Shown here: positions 29,509 to 40,538 of the stretch, one piece after another
Numbering within the stretch: position 1 is the stretch's first letter
Layout of the letters: each line of letters starts with the position of its first letter
Assembly: GCA_035632415.1 (NCBI GenBank)
Contig: DASQGW010000012.1
Span: forward strand, 6,325-70,324
Origin: Burkholderiales bacterium
Lineage (GTDB): Bacteria; Pseudomonadota; Gammaproteobacteria; Burkholderiales; SG8-39
DNA length: 64,000 bases
Direction: 5' to 3'
Program-made: the position numbers and the translations under genes
The notes under the pieces: model-generated
What the model saw: the letters and a program-made list of their open reading frames with translations, nothing else
The model's database searches: none
Told to the model about the DNA's origin: nothing

Positions 29509-30497
29509 GCACGGTCTCCGACGCGCTCGCCGAGGAGGCCCGAGGGCCGGAAGACGAGCACGAGGATCAGCACGACGAACGCGAACACGTCCTGATAGTT
29601 CGACCCGAAGATCACGAAATTGCCGCCTCCGGCGCAATCGTTGATGTGCGCGGCGAGGAAGCTGTACTGGCAAAGGTTGGTGAGATCGCCGATGTAGCCG
29701 GCGCCGAGCGCCTCGACAATGCCGAGCAGCACGCCGCCGAGCATCGCGCCCGGGATATTGCCGATGCCGCCCAGCACCGCGGCGGAAAAAGCCTTCAGCC
29801 CTAGAATCGACCCCATCGTGTATTGCGCGAGGCCGTAGTAGGTCCCATACAGCACGCCCGCTATGGCACCAAGCGCGGCGCCGATGACGAAGGTTGCGGC
29901 GATCACGCGGTTGATGTCGATGCCCATCAAGCCCGCGACCTGCTGGTTCTGCGCAGTGGCGCGCATCGCCGTGCCGAGCGGCGTGCGGTAGATGAGGATC
30001 GCAAGCGCCGCCATGAGGCCAAAGCAGATCGCGAGGATGGCAATCTGGATCGTGGTGATGGCGGCGCCGCCGATCATGTAGGTGCGCGACTCGATGATCT
30101 GCGGAAAGGCGAGTACGTTGCGGCTCCAGACGAGGAGCGCGACGTGCTGCAGGATGATCGAAACGCCGATCGCGGTGATGAGCGGCGCGAGGCGCGGCGC
30201 ATGCCGCAGCGGCCGGTAGGCGAGCCTTTCCATGGCGTAGCCGACCAGCATGCAGATCGGCACGGCGCAGCCGGCGCCGATCAGCACGATGACGAGCGGA
30301 GGCAGACCGTACGGCACGAGCGCATTGATCACGCTGAATGCCACCATCGCGCCGATCATCACCACTTCGCCATGCGCGAAGTTGATGAGCTGGATGATGC
30401 CGTACACCATCGTGTAGCCGAGCGCGACGACCGCGTAGACGCTTCCCGCAGTGAGCCCGTTGATGATCTGCTGCAGGAACGTGTCCAAGGCCGGCAA
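29505..30497 (-). CDS. livH: branched-chain amino acid ABC transporter permease LivH
   Basis: 330-aa ORF starting MPALDTFLQQIINGLTAGSVYAVVALGYTMVYGIIQLINFAHGE. Confidence 0.9.
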   Translation of the reverse strand: MPALDTFLQQIINGLTAGSVYAVVALGYTMVYGIIQLINFAHGEVVMIGAMVAFSVINALVPYGLPPLVIVLIGAGCAVPICMLVGYAMERLAYRPLRHAPRLAPLITAIGVSIILQHVALLVWSRNVLAFPQIIESRTYMIGGAAITTIQIAILAICFGLMAALAILIYRTPLGTAMRATAQNQQVAGLMGIDINRVIAATFVIGAALGAIAGVLYGTYYGLAQYTMGSILGLKAFSAAVLGGIGNIPGAMLGGVLLGIVEALGAGYIGDLTNLCQYSFLAAHINDCAGGGNFVIFGSNYQDVFAFVVLILVLVFRPSGLLGERVGDRA

Positions 30498-30503
30498 GCC
30501 TAA

Positions 30504-30537
30504 ACCAAAAACAAAAACGGCACCGTCGCGGTGCCGT
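30504..30537 (-). terminator. Rho-independent terminator/attenuator between livK and livH
   Basis: Minus strand reads ACGGCACCG-CGA-CGGTGCCGT followed by TTTTTGTTTTTGG (plus-strand stem 30517..30537, A-run 30504..30516). Confidence 0.8.
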
Positions 30538-30558
30538 TCTTGCAGAGCCGAAACGAGG

Positions 30559-31785
30559 CTACTTCGCGCTCGCCATGTTCTTGACGAAGTCGTTGTACGG
30601 CCAGGTCTTGCCGGCCTTTACCACCGCGATAGGCTCGATCTTGCCGCCTTTCATGGTGAAGATCGTGATCTCGGCATCCTTGCGATCGCCCTTCTCGTCG
30701 AAAGCGATCGGGCCGGTGGCGCCGCTGTAATTGATCTTCTGCAGCTCCGGCAGGTACACCTTGGGATCCGCCGAGCCGGCCTTCTTCATCGCCTCGATCA
30801 GCAAATTCGCGGCGTCGTACGTGAACGGCGCATAGATGATCGGGTCGCCGGAGAAGCGCTTCTTGAATGCTTCCTGGAATTTCTGCGAAGCGGCTTGCGG
30901 CGGAATGCCGGCCTGCGAGCACAGCAGCCCCTCCGAGGCGTCCCCGGCGAGCTCCTTCATCTTGTCGGTGCATGCGCCGTCGCCGAAGGAGAACACCGCC
31001 TTCATGCCGAGCTCGCGGCCCTGCTTGAGCAGCGGACCGCCGGTCGCATCCATGCCGCCGTAGAAGACGGCGTCCGGCTTATGCCCGCGCAGCTTGGTGA
31101 GAATCGCCTTCCAGTCGGTCGTCTTGTCCGTGCCTTTCTCCCGCGGCAGGACCTTGATCTTCGCCGCCTTGAGCGTTTTCTCCACCTCGTTGGCGATGCC
31201 CTCGCCGTATGCGGTCGCGTCGTCGATCACCGCCACCACCTTCGGCTTGTTCTCGGTCGCGAGGTAGCTGGCGATCGCCGGGCCCTGCTGGTCGTCGCGG
31301 CCGACGACCCGGAACACGTTCTTGAATCCCTGCTCGGTGAGCTTGGGATTGGTCGCCGAGCCGGTGATCATCGGGATACCCGCCTGGTTATAGATCGCCG
31401 AGGCGGGGATCGTGACGCCGGAGTTCAGGTGGCCGACGACGCCATTCACCTTGGCGTCGACCAGCTTCTGCGCCACTGTCGTGCCGACCTTCGGGTCGGC
31501 CTGGTCGTCCTCGGCGACCAGCGTAAACGTGGCCGGCTTGCCGCCGATCTGAATCTTGGCGGCGTTCGCCTCTTCGATGGCGAGGCGCGCGCCGTTCTCG
31601 TTGTCCTTGCCCAAGTGCGCGATGCTGCCGGTGAGCGGGCCGACATGGCCGATCTTCACCTCGACGGTCTCGGCGGATGCCTGCGGCGCGCCGCCCTCTT
31701 TCTTCGCTTGGGGCGTCTCTTTGCTGCAGCCGGCCGCAACGAGCGCCGCGGCGAGCAGCGAAAAGGCGAGCTTGGTGTTCGTCAT
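30559..31785 (-). CDS. livK: branched-chain amino acid ABC transporter substrate-binding protein (lipoprotein)
   Basis: 408-aa ORF with a lipobox (LLAAALVAAGCS). Type I periplasmic binding fold of the Leu/Ile/Val-binding family (IGHVGPLTGSIAHLGKDNENG). Confidence 0.88.
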   Translation of the reverse strand: MTNTKLAFSLLAAALVAAGCSKETPQAKKEGGAPQASAETVEVKIGHVGPLTGSIAHLGKDNENGARLAIEEANAAKIQIGGKPATFTLVAEDDQADPKVGTTVAQKLVDAKVNGVVGHLNSGVTIPASAIYNQAGIPMITGSATNPKLTEQGFKNVFRVVGRDDQQGPAIASYLATENKPKVVAVIDDATAYGEGIANEVEKTLKAAKIKVLPREKGTDKTTDWKAILTKLRGHKPDAVFYGGMDATGGPLLKQGRELGMKAVFSFGDGACTDKMKELAGDASEGLLCSQAGIPPQAASQKFQEAFKKRFSGDPIIYAPFTYDAANLLIEAMKKAGSADPKVYLPELQKINYSGATGPIAFDEKGDRKDAEITIFTMKGGKIEPIAVVKAGKTWPYNDFVKNMASAK

Positions 31786-31880
31786 CGGATCTCCGAGGAT
31801 TTGGGCTTTGTGGGGGCGCTTATCTTAACTCCGCCCCCTCTCGGAAATCGACCGCGGCGCGCGCCGCGCTCAAACACGCA

Positions 31881-32186
31881 TCACTTCTGGGAAAGCACCC
31901 ACTTCACGAGCGCCCGGATGTCGTTGTCCGGCACCTGGCTGTTGGGCGGCATCGGCACCTGACCCCAGACGCCAGAGCCGCCTTTTTTCACCTTCTCGAA
32001 GAGCTTCGCCTCGGCGCCTTTGTCGTTGCGGTACTTGGCGGCCACGTCCTTGTAGGCCGGGCCGACCACCTTCTTGTCGACGGCGTGGCAGGCGAAGCAG
32101 TTGTACTTCTTGGCAAGTGCTTCTTGCCCGTAGGCAGGCAGCGAAGCCGTCGCCGCCAGTCCAAGCAACAGGACTGCTCGTTTCAT
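31881..32186 (-). CDS. class I c-type cytochrome (c551/c552-like)
   Basis: The real start [21 protein letters not shown] is residue 27 of the tracked 127-aa ORF. Single haem site CFACH, and the [11 protein letters not shown] motif of the c551 family. ATGA overlap with the upstream gene stop (32183..32186). Confidence 0.85.
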   Translation of the reverse strand: MKRAVLLLGLAATASLPAYGQEALAKKYNCFACHAVDKKVVGPAYKDVAAKYRNDKGAEAKLFEKVKKGGSGVWGQVPMPPNSQVPDNDIRALVKWVLSQK

Positions 32187-34162
32187 GGTTTCTCCTTGCA
32201 TGCGATCTGCAATTGTATGAGATCGCTTATGGGGGCAAGGCAAGTAACGCCGCAGCATAGCCATCCGTTGACAGGCTCGGGCCGCCGCGGCTTGTCGAGC
32301 GCGGCTGGGAGGTACCGGAGATCGTCGGACAGCGCCACGACCAGTCCATCCGGCAGGTATTGCCGCGCGAGATCCGCCTGCCAGCGTCCGAGTTCCGGCT
32401 CACGCCCGCGCAGCACCACCAGCTTGGGCGGCGCGAGCTGTTCGGAAAGCGCGATGGCCATGGCGGCGTAGCCGGCCGGATGGGCGCGCATCGGTGCATG
32501 GAAGAGCGCCACCGCCCGCGCGGCCGCGCTCACATAGCGGTTTTCACCGGTCAATGCGGCAAGGCGACCGAGCGCCCAGGCCGCCAGAGCATTGCCGGAT
32601 GGCGTTGCCTGGTCCTGCCCGGGCTTGGGCCGGTGAAACAGGCGCTCGTGGCTTTTCCCGGTGAAGAAAAAGCCGCCCGCTGCGGTGTCCTCGAACTCGG
32701 CGAGCAACGCTTCGGCCAGCTCGATCGCGAACGCCAAGTCGGCGGCCGAAAACTCCGCCTGCAGCAGCTCGAGCAGCGCGGCGATGAGGAACGCGTAGTC
32801 GTCGAGATAGGCATTGAGGTGCGCGCGTCCGTCCTTGTAGGTTGCGAGGAGGCGCCGGTCGTGCCACATCCGGCCGCGGATGAATTCCAGCGCGCGGCGC
32901 GCGGACGCGATCCACTCTGGCCGCCCGAGTGTCCGGCCGGCATGCGCCATGCCCCGGATGGCGAGCGCATTCCACGATACGAGCACTTTCTCATCCCGCG
33001 CCGGATGGACTCGCTTCTCCCGCGCCGAGAAGAGCTTCGCTCGCGCGCTTTCGATGAGAGCGTCCGTCCCGGCAGCCTGCGCTATCCGTAGATGCCAATG
33101 CTTGTTCTCGAAGTTCGGCGGGCCCTCCAGGCCGTAGCGCGGCGCAAACGCTGCGAATTCCTGCGCCGTGAGGAGCGAGCGGACTTCCTCGAGGTCCCAG
33201 ACGTAGAACTTGCCCTCCTCGTGCTCGCTGTCGGCATCGAGCGATGAGTAATAGCCGCCTTCGGGCGCCTGCATCTCGCGCATCACCCAACCGGCGGTCT
33301 CCTCGGCACAGCGCTTGAAAATCGGCGTGCCTGAGACGCGCCAGGCGTCGGCGAGGAGTCCCAGCAACGGCCCGTTGTCGTACAGCATCTTCTCGAAGTG
33401 CGGAATCGACCACTCGGCGTCGACGCTGTAGCGACAGAAACCGCCGCCGAGCTGATCGTAGAGGCCGCCCTCACACATGCGTTCCAGTGTGACGAGCGCG
33501 ATGTCTTTCTCGCCTTCCCGCAGGCAAAGCTCGAGATCCGATGGGTGAGGAAATTTCGGCGCGCCGCCAAAGCCTCCATGCGTGGGGTCGAAATTGGCGC
33601 GCAGATTGTCCAGCATCGCTCGCACGACCTCCGGCGAGAGCTGCTCGGCCGGTTGCGTTGGCAGTGTGCGCCCGAAGGCTCGGAGCACCTGCTCGTTCTG
33701 CGTGGCGATTGCGGGGCGCTGATCGCGCCAGACGGCCGCGATGCGCTCGCAGACGTCGGGGAAGCCCGGCATGCCGTAGCGCGCCTGCTTGGGAAAATAA
33801 GTTCCGCCGAAGAAAGGCGCCCCCTCGGGCGTGAGAAACATGGTGAGTGGCCAGCCGCCGGCGCGCTGCGCGAGCATCTGGTGCGCGGTCTGGTAGATCT
33901 GGTCGAGATCGGGCCGCTCCTCGCGGTCGACCTTGACGTTGACGAAGAGCCGGTTCATCACGGCGGCGACCGCCGGATCCTCGAAGCTCTCCTGCGCCAT
34001 GACATGGCACCAGTGGCACGCCGAATAGCCGATCGAGAGCAGGATCGGCTTGTCCTCGCGCCGCGCCCGCTCCAGCGCCTCCGCTCCCCACGGATACCAG
34101 TCGACGGGGTTCGCGGCGTGGCTCTGGAGGTAGGGCGACGTTTCCTGCGCGAGGCGGTTCAC
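32183..34162 (-). CDS. thioredoxin-domain protein, DUF255/YyaL family (thioredoxin-like N-domain plus six-hairpin alpha/alpha toroid)
   Basis: 659-aa ORF starting [61 protein letters not shown]. No signal peptide. Confidence 0.85.
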   Translation of the reverse strand: MNRLAQETSPYLQSHAANPVDWYPWGAEALERARREDKPILLSIGYSACHWCHVMAQESFEDPAVAAVMNRLFVNVKVDREERPDLDQIYQTAHQMLAQRAGGWPLTMFLTPEGAPFFGGTYFPKQARYGMPGFPDVCERIAAVWRDQRPAIATQNEQVLRAFGRTLPTQPAEQLSPEVVRAMLDNLRANFDPTHGGFGGAPKFPHPSDLELCLREGEKDIALVTLERMCEGGLYDQLGGGFCRYSVDAEWSIPHFEKMLYDNGPLLGLLADAWRVSGTPIFKRCAEETAGWVMREMQAPEGGYYSSLDADSEHEEGKFYVWDLEEVRSLLTAQEFAAFAPRYGLEGPPNFENKHWHLRIAQAAGTDALIESARAKLFSAREKRVHPARDEKVLVSWNALAIRGMAHAGRTLGRPEWIASARRALEFIRGRMWHDRRLLATYKDGRAHLNAYLDDYAFLIAALLELLQAEFSAADLAFAIELAEALLAEFEDTAAGGFFFTGKSHERLFHRPKPGQDQATPSGNALAAWALGRLAALTGENRYVSAAARAVALFHAPMRAHPAGYAAMAIALSEQLAPPKLVVLRGREPELGRWQADLARQYLPDGLVVALSDDLRYLPAALDKPRRPEPVNGWLCCGVTCLAPISDLIQLQIACKEKP

Positions 34163-34183
34163 ATGCGCCGATTCACATGCGAA

Positions 34184-34555
34184 TTACTTTATCGGCTTGG
34201 TGAAGGGGAAGATCTTCGTGAAGCCGAGGATGTCGGTGAGCAATAGCACGAGGAACACCAGAACAATCGCGCCGATGATGTCGCCGCCGGCGGGCAAGGC
34301 GTCGATTTTTCCGGCGAGCTGGGCGACTTCATCGTCGCTCATGGCGGCGAGGCGCGCTTGCACATCGGTCGCTTTCACGCCGTATTGGCCAAGCCGCGCT
34401 TGCACATCCGCGCGTGCGAGCCATTGGCCGACGTGTGCACGCTCGGGTGCTCCGAGAACCTTGTCGGTGGCAACCATGGCGGCCTGCGCCGGCAGCGGCA
34501 GGGCAATGCAGATCACGAGAAGACTTGCGATGAGTCGACGAAGCGTAGAGATCAT
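34184..34555 (-). CDS. small exported, C-terminally membrane-anchored protein (resembles the PA2779 family)
   Basis: The real start MISTLRRLIASLLVICIALPLPAQA (signal peptide) is residue 19 of the tracked ORF. It has an MSDDEVAQLAGKIDALPAGG motif and then a TM helix IIGAIVLVFLVLLLTDILGF. The family name is from memory and has not been checked. Confidence 0.55.
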   Translation of the reverse strand: MISTLRRLIASLLVICIALPLPAQAAMVATDKVLGAPERAHVGQWLARADVQARLGQYGVKATDVQARLAAMSDDEVAQLAGKIDALPAGGDIIGAIVLVFLVLLLTDILGFTKIFPFTKPIK

Positions 34556-34617
34556 GAGTACTCCGGATTGGGTTAGAGGTCGTCTGCTGCGGCGCAGGCA
34601 GCTTAACATCGGAGCCG

Positions 34618-35172
34618 ATGCCTAACCACCGCGCGCAAGACGTGCTCGAGTTCTGGTTCGGCATCGGCGCGGACTATGGCAAACGACACAAGCGCTGGTT
34701 CGAGAAGGATGCCGCGTTCGATGCCGAGATCGCCGGACGCTTTCTGCCCCTGTACGAGGAGCTCGCCCAAAGCTCAGCCTGGCTCGACGATGCGCGCAGT
34801 TGCCTCGCTCGAATCATCGTGCTCGATCAATTCCCTCGGCAGATGTTTCGCGGCAAGCCGCGCGCTTTTTCCTCCGATCCGCTCGCGCTGCAAGCGGCGC
34901 GCCTCGCCCTCGAGCGCCGGTACGACGAGGGACGCTTACCCGTGGAGCGGCTGTTCCTTTACCTGCCCTTCGAGCACAGCGAGGCGCTCGCCGACCAGCA
35001 GCGTGCCTGCGAGCTGATGCGCCCCCTGGGGGACGAGCTGTACGAGTACGCGGTTCGCCACAAGGCGATCATCGAGCGCTTCGGCCGCTTTCCCCACCGC
35101 AACTCGATCCTCGGCCGCGAGAGTACGGCCGAGGAAATCGAGTTCCTGAAGCAGCCCGGTTCAAGCTTCTGA
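34618..35172 (+). CDS. DUF924 family protein
   Basis: 184-aa ORF with [21 protein letters not shown] and [26 protein letters not shown], typical of DUF924. Confidence 0.8.
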   Translation: MPNHRAQDVLEFWFGIGADYGKRHKRWFEKDAAFDAEIAGRFLPLYEELAQSSAWLDDARSCLARIIVLDQFPRQMFRGKPRAFSSDPLALQAARLALERRYDEGRLPVERLFLYLPFEHSEALADQQRACELMRPLGDELYEYAVRHKAIIERFGRFPHRNSILGRESTAEEIEFLKQPGSSF

Positions 35173-36846
35173 GTCGGTGATGGCGCCGAGCGAAGCGGTG
35201 GAGACGAGCTTCATGTACTTCGCCATGAGTCCGCGCGTATAACGCGGCTTCGGCGCCTTCCACTTCTTGCGGCGCGCGGCGAGCTCTTTCGCCGGCACAT
35301 TGAGCCGGATCAGGCGCTTTTTCGCGTCGATGGTGATGGAGTCGCCCTCCTTCACCAGCGCTATCGTCCCGCCCACATAAGCTTCCGGCGCCACGTGGCC
35401 GACCACCATGCCCCAAGTCCCGCCGGAGAAGCGGCCATCGGTGAGCAGGCCCACCGATTCACCGAGCCCCTGGCCGATCAGCGCGGACGTCGGCGCAAGC
35501 ATCTCCTGCATGCCCGGTCCGCCCTTCGGACCTTCGTAGCGGATGACGATCACGTCCCCGGGCTTGATGCGCTTCGCCATGATGGCCTTCATGCACTCGT
35601 TCTCGGAATCGAACACGCGCGCCGGTCCGGTGATGGAAGTGCTCTTCAGGCCCGCGATCTTGGCGACGCAGCCTTCGGTGGCGAGGTTGCCCCGCAGTAT
35701 CGCGAGGTGGCCTTGGGGATGGAGCGGCCGTTCGATCGGGCGGATGACGTCCTGGTCGGATCTGGGTCGGCTCGGAACATTCTTCAGTTCCTCCGCCAGT
35801 GTCTTGCCGGTGATGGTCATGCACTCGCCGTGCACGATCCCGGCGTCGAGCAGCATCTTCAGCACTTGTGGAACGCCCCCGGCCGCATGGAAATCGACTG
35901 CGACGTAAGGCCCGAAGGGCTTCAGGTTGCACAGGAGCGGCACTTTGCGGCGCACGCGCTCGAAATCGTCGATCGTCCAGCGCACCTGCGCCGCCGCGGC
36001 GATCGCGAGGTAGTGCAGCACCGCGTTGGTCGAGCCGCCGGTCGCCATGACGAGTGCGATGGCGTTCTCGATCGACTTGCGCGTAATGATGTCGCGCGGC
36101 TTGAGGTCCCGCTTCACTGCCTCGAGCAGGACGCGAGCCGACTCGGCTGCCGAATCGGCCTTCTCGGGATCTGGCGCCGCGAGCTGCGACGAAGCGAGCA
36201 GGCTCATGCCGAGCGCCTCGAACGAGGAGCTCATGGTATTCGCCGTGTACTGGCCGCCGCAGGCACCGACGCTCGGGCAGGCGTTCTTCTCGATGCCGTC
36301 GAAATCCTCCTGCGACATCTTGCCTGCCGTGAAGGCGCCGACCGCCTCGAACGGGCTGACGATGGTGAGCTTCTGGCCTTTCCAGAAGCCGGGCTTGATC
36401 GTGCCCGCGTAGACGAAGATGCCCGGGACGTTGATGCGCGCCATCGCCATCATCGCTCCGGGCATGTTCTTGTCGCAGCCGCCGACGCAGAGCACGCCGT
36501 CCATGCATTGCCCATTGACAGCCGTCTCGATCGCGTCGGCGATGACCTCGCGCGAGATGAGCGAGTACTTCATGCCCTCCGTTCCCATGCCGATGCCGTC
36601 GGTGACGGTCGGGAAGCCGAAGGTCTGCGGCTTAGCGCCCGCTCGCTCGAGCGCAGCCGTGGCGCGGTCGACCAGCGGCTGGATGCCGGCATTGCACGGA
36701 TTCATGGTCGAGTGGCCGTTCGCCACGCCGACGATCGGCTTGTCGAAATCGGCGTCGCCGAAGCCGACCGCGCGCAGCATCGCCCGATTCGGCGAGCGTG
36801 CCACGCCCTGGGTGATCAGCTTGGAGCGGCGGTTGTAGGTTGCCAT
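35161..36846 (-). CDS. ilvD: dihydroxy-acid dehydratase
   Basis: 561-aa ORF starting [29 protein letters not shown], with CDKNMPG and TDGRFSGGT motifs. Confidence 0.94.
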   Translation of the reverse strand: MATYNRRSKLITQGVARSPNRAMLRAVGFGDADFDKPIVGVANGHSTMNPCNAGIQPLVDRATAALERAGAKPQTFGFPTVTDGIGMGTEGMKYSLISREVIADAIETAVNGQCMDGVLCVGGCDKNMPGAMMAMARINVPGIFVYAGTIKPGFWKGQKLTIVSPFEAVGAFTAGKMSQEDFDGIEKNACPSVGACGGQYTANTMSSSFEALGMSLLASSQLAAPDPEKADSAAESARVLLEAVKRDLKPRDIITRKSIENAIALVMATGGSTNAVLHYLAIAAAAQVRWTIDDFERVRRKVPLLCNLKPFGPYVAVDFHAAGGVPQVLKMLLDAGIVHGECMTITGKTLAEELKNVPSRPRSDQDVIRPIERPLHPQGHLAILRGNLATEGCVAKIAGLKSTSITGPARVFDSENECMKAIMAKRIKPGDVIVIRYEGPKGGPGMQEMLAPTSALIGQGLGESVGLLTDGRFSGGTWGMVVGHVAPEAYVGGTIALVKEGDSITIDAKKRLIRLNVPAKELAARRKKWKAPKPRYTRGLMAKYMKLVSTASLGAITDSEA

Positions 36847-36911
36847 CGGTTCCTTTCGTTCGAGCGTGTCATTTTGCCCTGCGCTCGCCGCTTGTACGAT
36901 AGGCTCCTCGC

Positions 36912-37700
36912 ATGCTGGTCCATCCGAATTTCAATCCGATCGCAATCTCCATCGGGCCGCTCGCGGTGCGCTGGTACGGGCTCATGTACCTCGCCGGCTT
37001 CACCGCGGCCTGGTGGCTCGGTATCCGGCGCATCGACCGCAAGCTCGCCCCGGTCGACCGCCGTCAATTCGACGACCTGGTGTTCCTCGCCGTGCTGGGG
37101 GTCATCCTGGGTGGCCGCCTCGGCTATGTGCTTTTCTACAAGCCGGGCTACTACGCGAGCCATCCTCTCGAGATCTTCGCGGTCTGGCAGGGCGGCATGT
37201 CGTTCCACGGCGGCCTGCTTGGCGTGATGAGCGCGATGGGTTATGCGGCCTGGCGGCACAAGATCCACTACCTGCGGCTCATGGACTTCGTCGCGCCCCT
37301 CGTGCCGCTCGGACTGGCGGCGGGCCGCCTCGGCAATTTCATCAATGGCGAGCTCTGGGGCAGGGTGACGACGCTGCCTTGGGGCATGGTGTTCCGTAAT
37401 GCCGGCGATTTGCCGCGCCATCCATCGCAGCTCTACGAGTTCGCGCTGGAGGGGCTCACGCTCTTCGCCATCCTGTGGTGGTTTTCCTCCAAGCCCCGCC
37501 CGCGGGGCCAGGTGTCGGCGCTCTTTCTCATCGGCTACGGCTGCCTGCGCTTCCTCGCTGAATTCGCGCGCGAGCCCGACGCCTTTCTCGGCTACCTCAC
37601 CTTCGGCATGACGATGGGGCAGTGGCTGTGCCTGCCGATGATTGCGGGCGGCATCGCGCTTTGGGCATGGAGTCGGCGCTACACCCCGTCATCGTCATGA
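36912..37700 (+). CDS. lgt: prolipoprotein diacylglyceryl transferase
   Basis: 262-aa ORF with [38 protein letters not shown] and HPSQLYE motifs. Confidence 0.93.
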   Translation: MLVHPNFNPIAISIGPLAVRWYGLMYLAGFTAAWWLGIRRIDRKLAPVDRRQFDDLVFLAVLGVILGGRLGYVLFYKPGYYASHPLEIFAVWQGGMSFHGGLLGVMSAMGYAAWRHKIHYLRLMDFVAPLVPLGLAAGRLGNFINGELWGRVTTLPWGMVFRNAGDLPRHPSQLYEFALEGLTLFAILWWFSSKPRPRGQVSALFLIGYGCLRFLAEFAREPDAFLGYLTFGMTMGQWLCLPMIAGGIALWAWSRRYTPSSS

Positions 37701-40514
37701 CGTTGCTCGCCCGGTATTAAGCGCAGCCTCGAGCACCCGCGCGACGTGCACCGGCCTGCGTCCGGTGCCCTCGTGGATCTGATGGCGGCAGCTCGTGCCG
37801 TCTGCAACCAGCATGGCCTGCGGCGCGTTGCGCACCGCCGGCAGGAGGCTCAGCTCGGCCATCTTCATCGACACCTCGGCGTGCTCCGCCTCATAGCCGA
37901 AGCTGCCGGCCATGCCGCAGCAGCTCGTTTCTACGGTCTGCACTTTGAGACCCGGAACCATGCCGAGGACCTTCTGTACCGCAGGCATGGCGTCGAACGC
38001 CTTTTGGTGGCAGTGCCCGTGGAGCAGCACTTCTTGCTCCAGCTTGCCGAAGCTCAGCCGACCAGGCCTTTGGGCCACGAATTCCTCGAGCAGGAAAGAA
38101 TGCTTCGCCAGTTCGTCCGCGCCCTTGAGCAAGACCGTGAATTCGTCGCGCAGTGAAAAGAGGCACGAGGGTTCGAGGCCTATTACCGGTATGCCGCGTG
38201 CCACCACCGGGCCGAGCAGATCGAGCATGCGCTGCGCCTCGCGCTTCGCTTCGTCCACCATGCCGACCGAGAGGAATGTCCGGCCGCAGCAGAGTCCTTG
38301 CGGTATTTGCACCCGGTAGCCGGCCGCCCCGAGCACGGTTTTCGCCGCGCGCGCGTTCTCAGGCTCGAAATAGCGGCTGAAGGTGTCGACGAAAAGTATC
38401 GCATCGCCCTCGGCGATCCCGCGCTCGCGGAAGTAATCGGTGCGCCAGCGCGGCAGCGGACGAGCTGCGAAGCCAATCGACCGCTTCAGCAAACCGGATG
38501 CGAAATTCGAAATCGGCGCAAGCCGGGCCGCGAGCGGCGCGTACCGCGGCAGGTAGCCGATGGCGCGATCGCGCGCACTGAAGCCGCGCTTCGCCTTGTA
38601 ATGCGCCAGGAACTCGATCTTCATCCGCGCCATGTCGACGCCGGTCGGGCATTCGCGCTTGCAGCCCTTGCAGGAAACACAGAGATCGAGCGCGTTTTTC
38701 ACGGCTTCGTCCCCCTCGGCGCCGAGCTGGCCGGAAAGCGCGAGGCGCAGGGTGTTGGCTCTTCCCCGCGTCAGATGCACCTCGTCGCGCGTCGCGCGAT
38801 AGGAAGGGCACATCGTTCCCGCATCGAACTTGCGGCAGTGGCCGTTGTTGTTGCACATCTCGACGGCTTTGTCATAGCCGCCCCACTCGCTCCAGTCGAG
38901 CACGGCCCGCGGCAGCGACGTCCTATAGCCGGGCTTGAAGCGAAAGAGCGTGGCGTCGTCCATCCTGGATGGGTCGACGATCTTTCCCGGGTTCATGAGG
39001 CCGCGCGGGTCGAGCCACGACTTGATCTCGCCCAGCGCCGCCGTGAGCCGCGGCCCGAAGAAAGGCGCGATCCACTCCGAGCGCACGAGCCCGTCGCCGT
39101 GCTCGCCGGAATAGGCGCCTTTGTATTCCTTCACCATCGCGCAGGCTTCCTCGGCAATGGCGCGCATCTTGGCGGCGCCGTCGCGCCGCATGTCGAGGAT
39201 GGGGCGCACGTGCAACGTTCCCACCGAGGCATGCGCGTACCACGTGCCGCGCGTGCCGTGCTTCTCGAACACCCGCGTCAGGCGATCGGTGTATTCGGCG
39301 AGGTGCTCGAGCGGCACGGCGCAATCCTCGATGAACGACACCGGCTTGCCGTCACCCTTCATCGACATCATGATGTTGAGGCCGGCCTTGCGCACTTCCC
39401 AGATCTCGCGCTGGAGCCTCGCATCGGTCACCTCGACCACAGACGCCGGCAGGCCCAGATCGGCCATCAACTGCACAAGGTCCTTCAGGCGGCCGACCCG
39501 CTCGTCGGCGAACTCCACGAGGAGAATGGCATCCGGATCGCCCGTGATGGATGCGTTGACGGTCTTCTCGAACGCCGGGTTCTCGCGCGCGAGCCCGATC
39601 ATGGTGCGGTCGACAAGTTCGACAGCGGTCGGCCCGAGCTTGACGATGTGTTGCGTGAGCTCCATCGCGCTGTAGAACTTTGGAAAATGGCAGACGCCGA
39701 GCGAGCGCTTCTCCGGAAGTCGCGAAAGCTTGAGATGAAGGCGCTCGGAATAGGCGAGCGTCCCCTCGGAGCCGACCAGCAGATGCGCCGCGTTCGCATG
39801 CGGCGGGCCGAGATGGTCGAGGTTGTAGCCCGCTACCTTGCGCAGCACTTTTGGGAACCGCGCCTCGATCTCGGCTCGCTCGCGGACGTAGAGCTCGTTC
39901 AGCCTGGCAATGAATGCGCGATACGCCGGCGGCCCGCTCGTGTCGCTCATGGGACCGAACTTCCAGCGCTCGCCGGCAACCGTGCAGCCTTCGATGGCGA
40001 GCACGTTGTGCACCATGTTGCCGTAGGCGATGGAGCGGGAGCCGCAGGAGTTGTTGCCCGCCATGCCACCGAGGGTGGCTTGCGCGCTGGTTGAGACGTC
40101 GACGGGAAACCACAGGGCCTTCGCGCGCAGCACGGCGTTCAATTGGTCGAGCACCACGCCGGGCTGCACGATGGCGCGCTCGCCGTCCACCTCCAGAACG
40201 CGATTCAGATATTTCGTGGTGTCGATGATGAGCGCCGCGCCGACCGCCTGACCGCACTGCGAGCTGCCCGCGCCGCGCGGCAGGATCGGTACGCCTTCCT
40301 CCGCAGCGATGGCGAGCGCCACGCGCGCTGCCGTCTCGGTGCGCGGCACCGCGATGCCGATGGGCTCGACCTGGTAGATCGACGCGTCGGTGGAATAGCG
40401 GCCGCGGCTAGCGCGGTCGAACAGCACTTCTCCGTCGAACTCCTTGCGCAGCCGCGCCGCGAGCGCGGAGTCGCTCGCTCGGACGAACTTGACTGGGGTC
40501 AAGGGAGCGTTCAT
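37695..40514 (-). CDS. fused FAD-linked oxidase / 4Fe-4S / CCG-domain oxidoreductase (GlcD-GlcF-like, YdiJ-type 2-hydroxyacid dehydrogenase family)
   Basis: The tracked ORF (1113 aa) has an implausible 174-aa extension covering the divergent gene. The real start is [15 protein letters not shown] at ATG 40514 (939 aa). FAD-binding PCMH domain ([11 protein letters not shown]), two CxxCxxCxxxCP clusters ([12 protein letters not shown]), and C-terminal CCG repeats. Confidence 0.85.
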   Translation of the reverse strand: MNAPLTPVKFVRASDSALAARLRKEFDGEVLFDRASRGRYSTDASIYQVEPIGIAVPRTETAARVALAIAAEEGVPILPRGAGSSQCGQAVGAALIIDTTKYLNRVLEVDGERAIVQPGVVLDQLNAVLRAKALWFPVDVSTSAQATLGGMAGNNSCGSRSIAYGNMVHNVLAIEGCTVAGERWKFGPMSDTSGPPAYRAFIARLNELYVRERAEIEARFPKVLRKVAGYNLDHLGPPHANAAHLLVGSEGTLAYSERLHLKLSRLPEKRSLGVCHFPKFYSAMELTQHIVKLGPTAVELVDRTMIGLARENPAFEKTVNASITGDPDAILLVEFADERVGRLKDLVQLMADLGLPASVVEVTDARLQREIWEVRKAGLNIMMSMKGDGKPVSFIEDCAVPLEHLAEYTDRLTRVFEKHGTRGTWYAHASVGTLHVRPILDMRRDGAAKMRAIAEEACAMVKEYKGAYSGEHGDGLVRSEWIAPFFGPRLTAALGEIKSWLDPRGLMNPGKIVDPSRMDDATLFRFKPGYRTSLPRAVLDWSEWGGYDKAVEMCNNNGHCRKFDAGTMCPSYRATRDEVHLTRGRANTLRLALSGQLGAEGDEAVKNALDLCVSCKGCKRECPTGVDMARMKIEFLAHYKAKRGFSARDRAIGYLPRYAPLAARLAPISNFASGLLKRSIGFAARPLPRWRTDYFRERGIAEGDAILFVDTFSRYFEPENARAAKTVLGAAGYRVQIPQGLCCGRTFLSVGMVDEAKREAQRMLDLLGPVVARGIPVIGLEPSCLFSLRDEFTVLLKGADELAKHSFLLEEFVAQRPGRLSFGKLEQEVLLHGHCHQKAFDAMPAVQKVLGMVPGLKVQTVETSCCGMAGSFGYEAEHAEVSMKMAELSLLPAVRNAPQAMLVADGTSCRHQIHEGTGRRPVHVARVLEAALNTGRATS

Positions 40515-40538
40515 CGAGGCGGCAGTTAGAATACCCCA

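Noticed and set aside
35395-37227. 610-aa ORF on the plus strand
   Set aside because: It is antisense to ilvD and then reads into lgt in the wrong frame, with shadow-frame composition.
38298-40094. 598-aa ORF on the plus strand
   Set aside because: It is antisense to the FAD/Fe-S oxidase gene. It is Arg/His-rich with no motifs.
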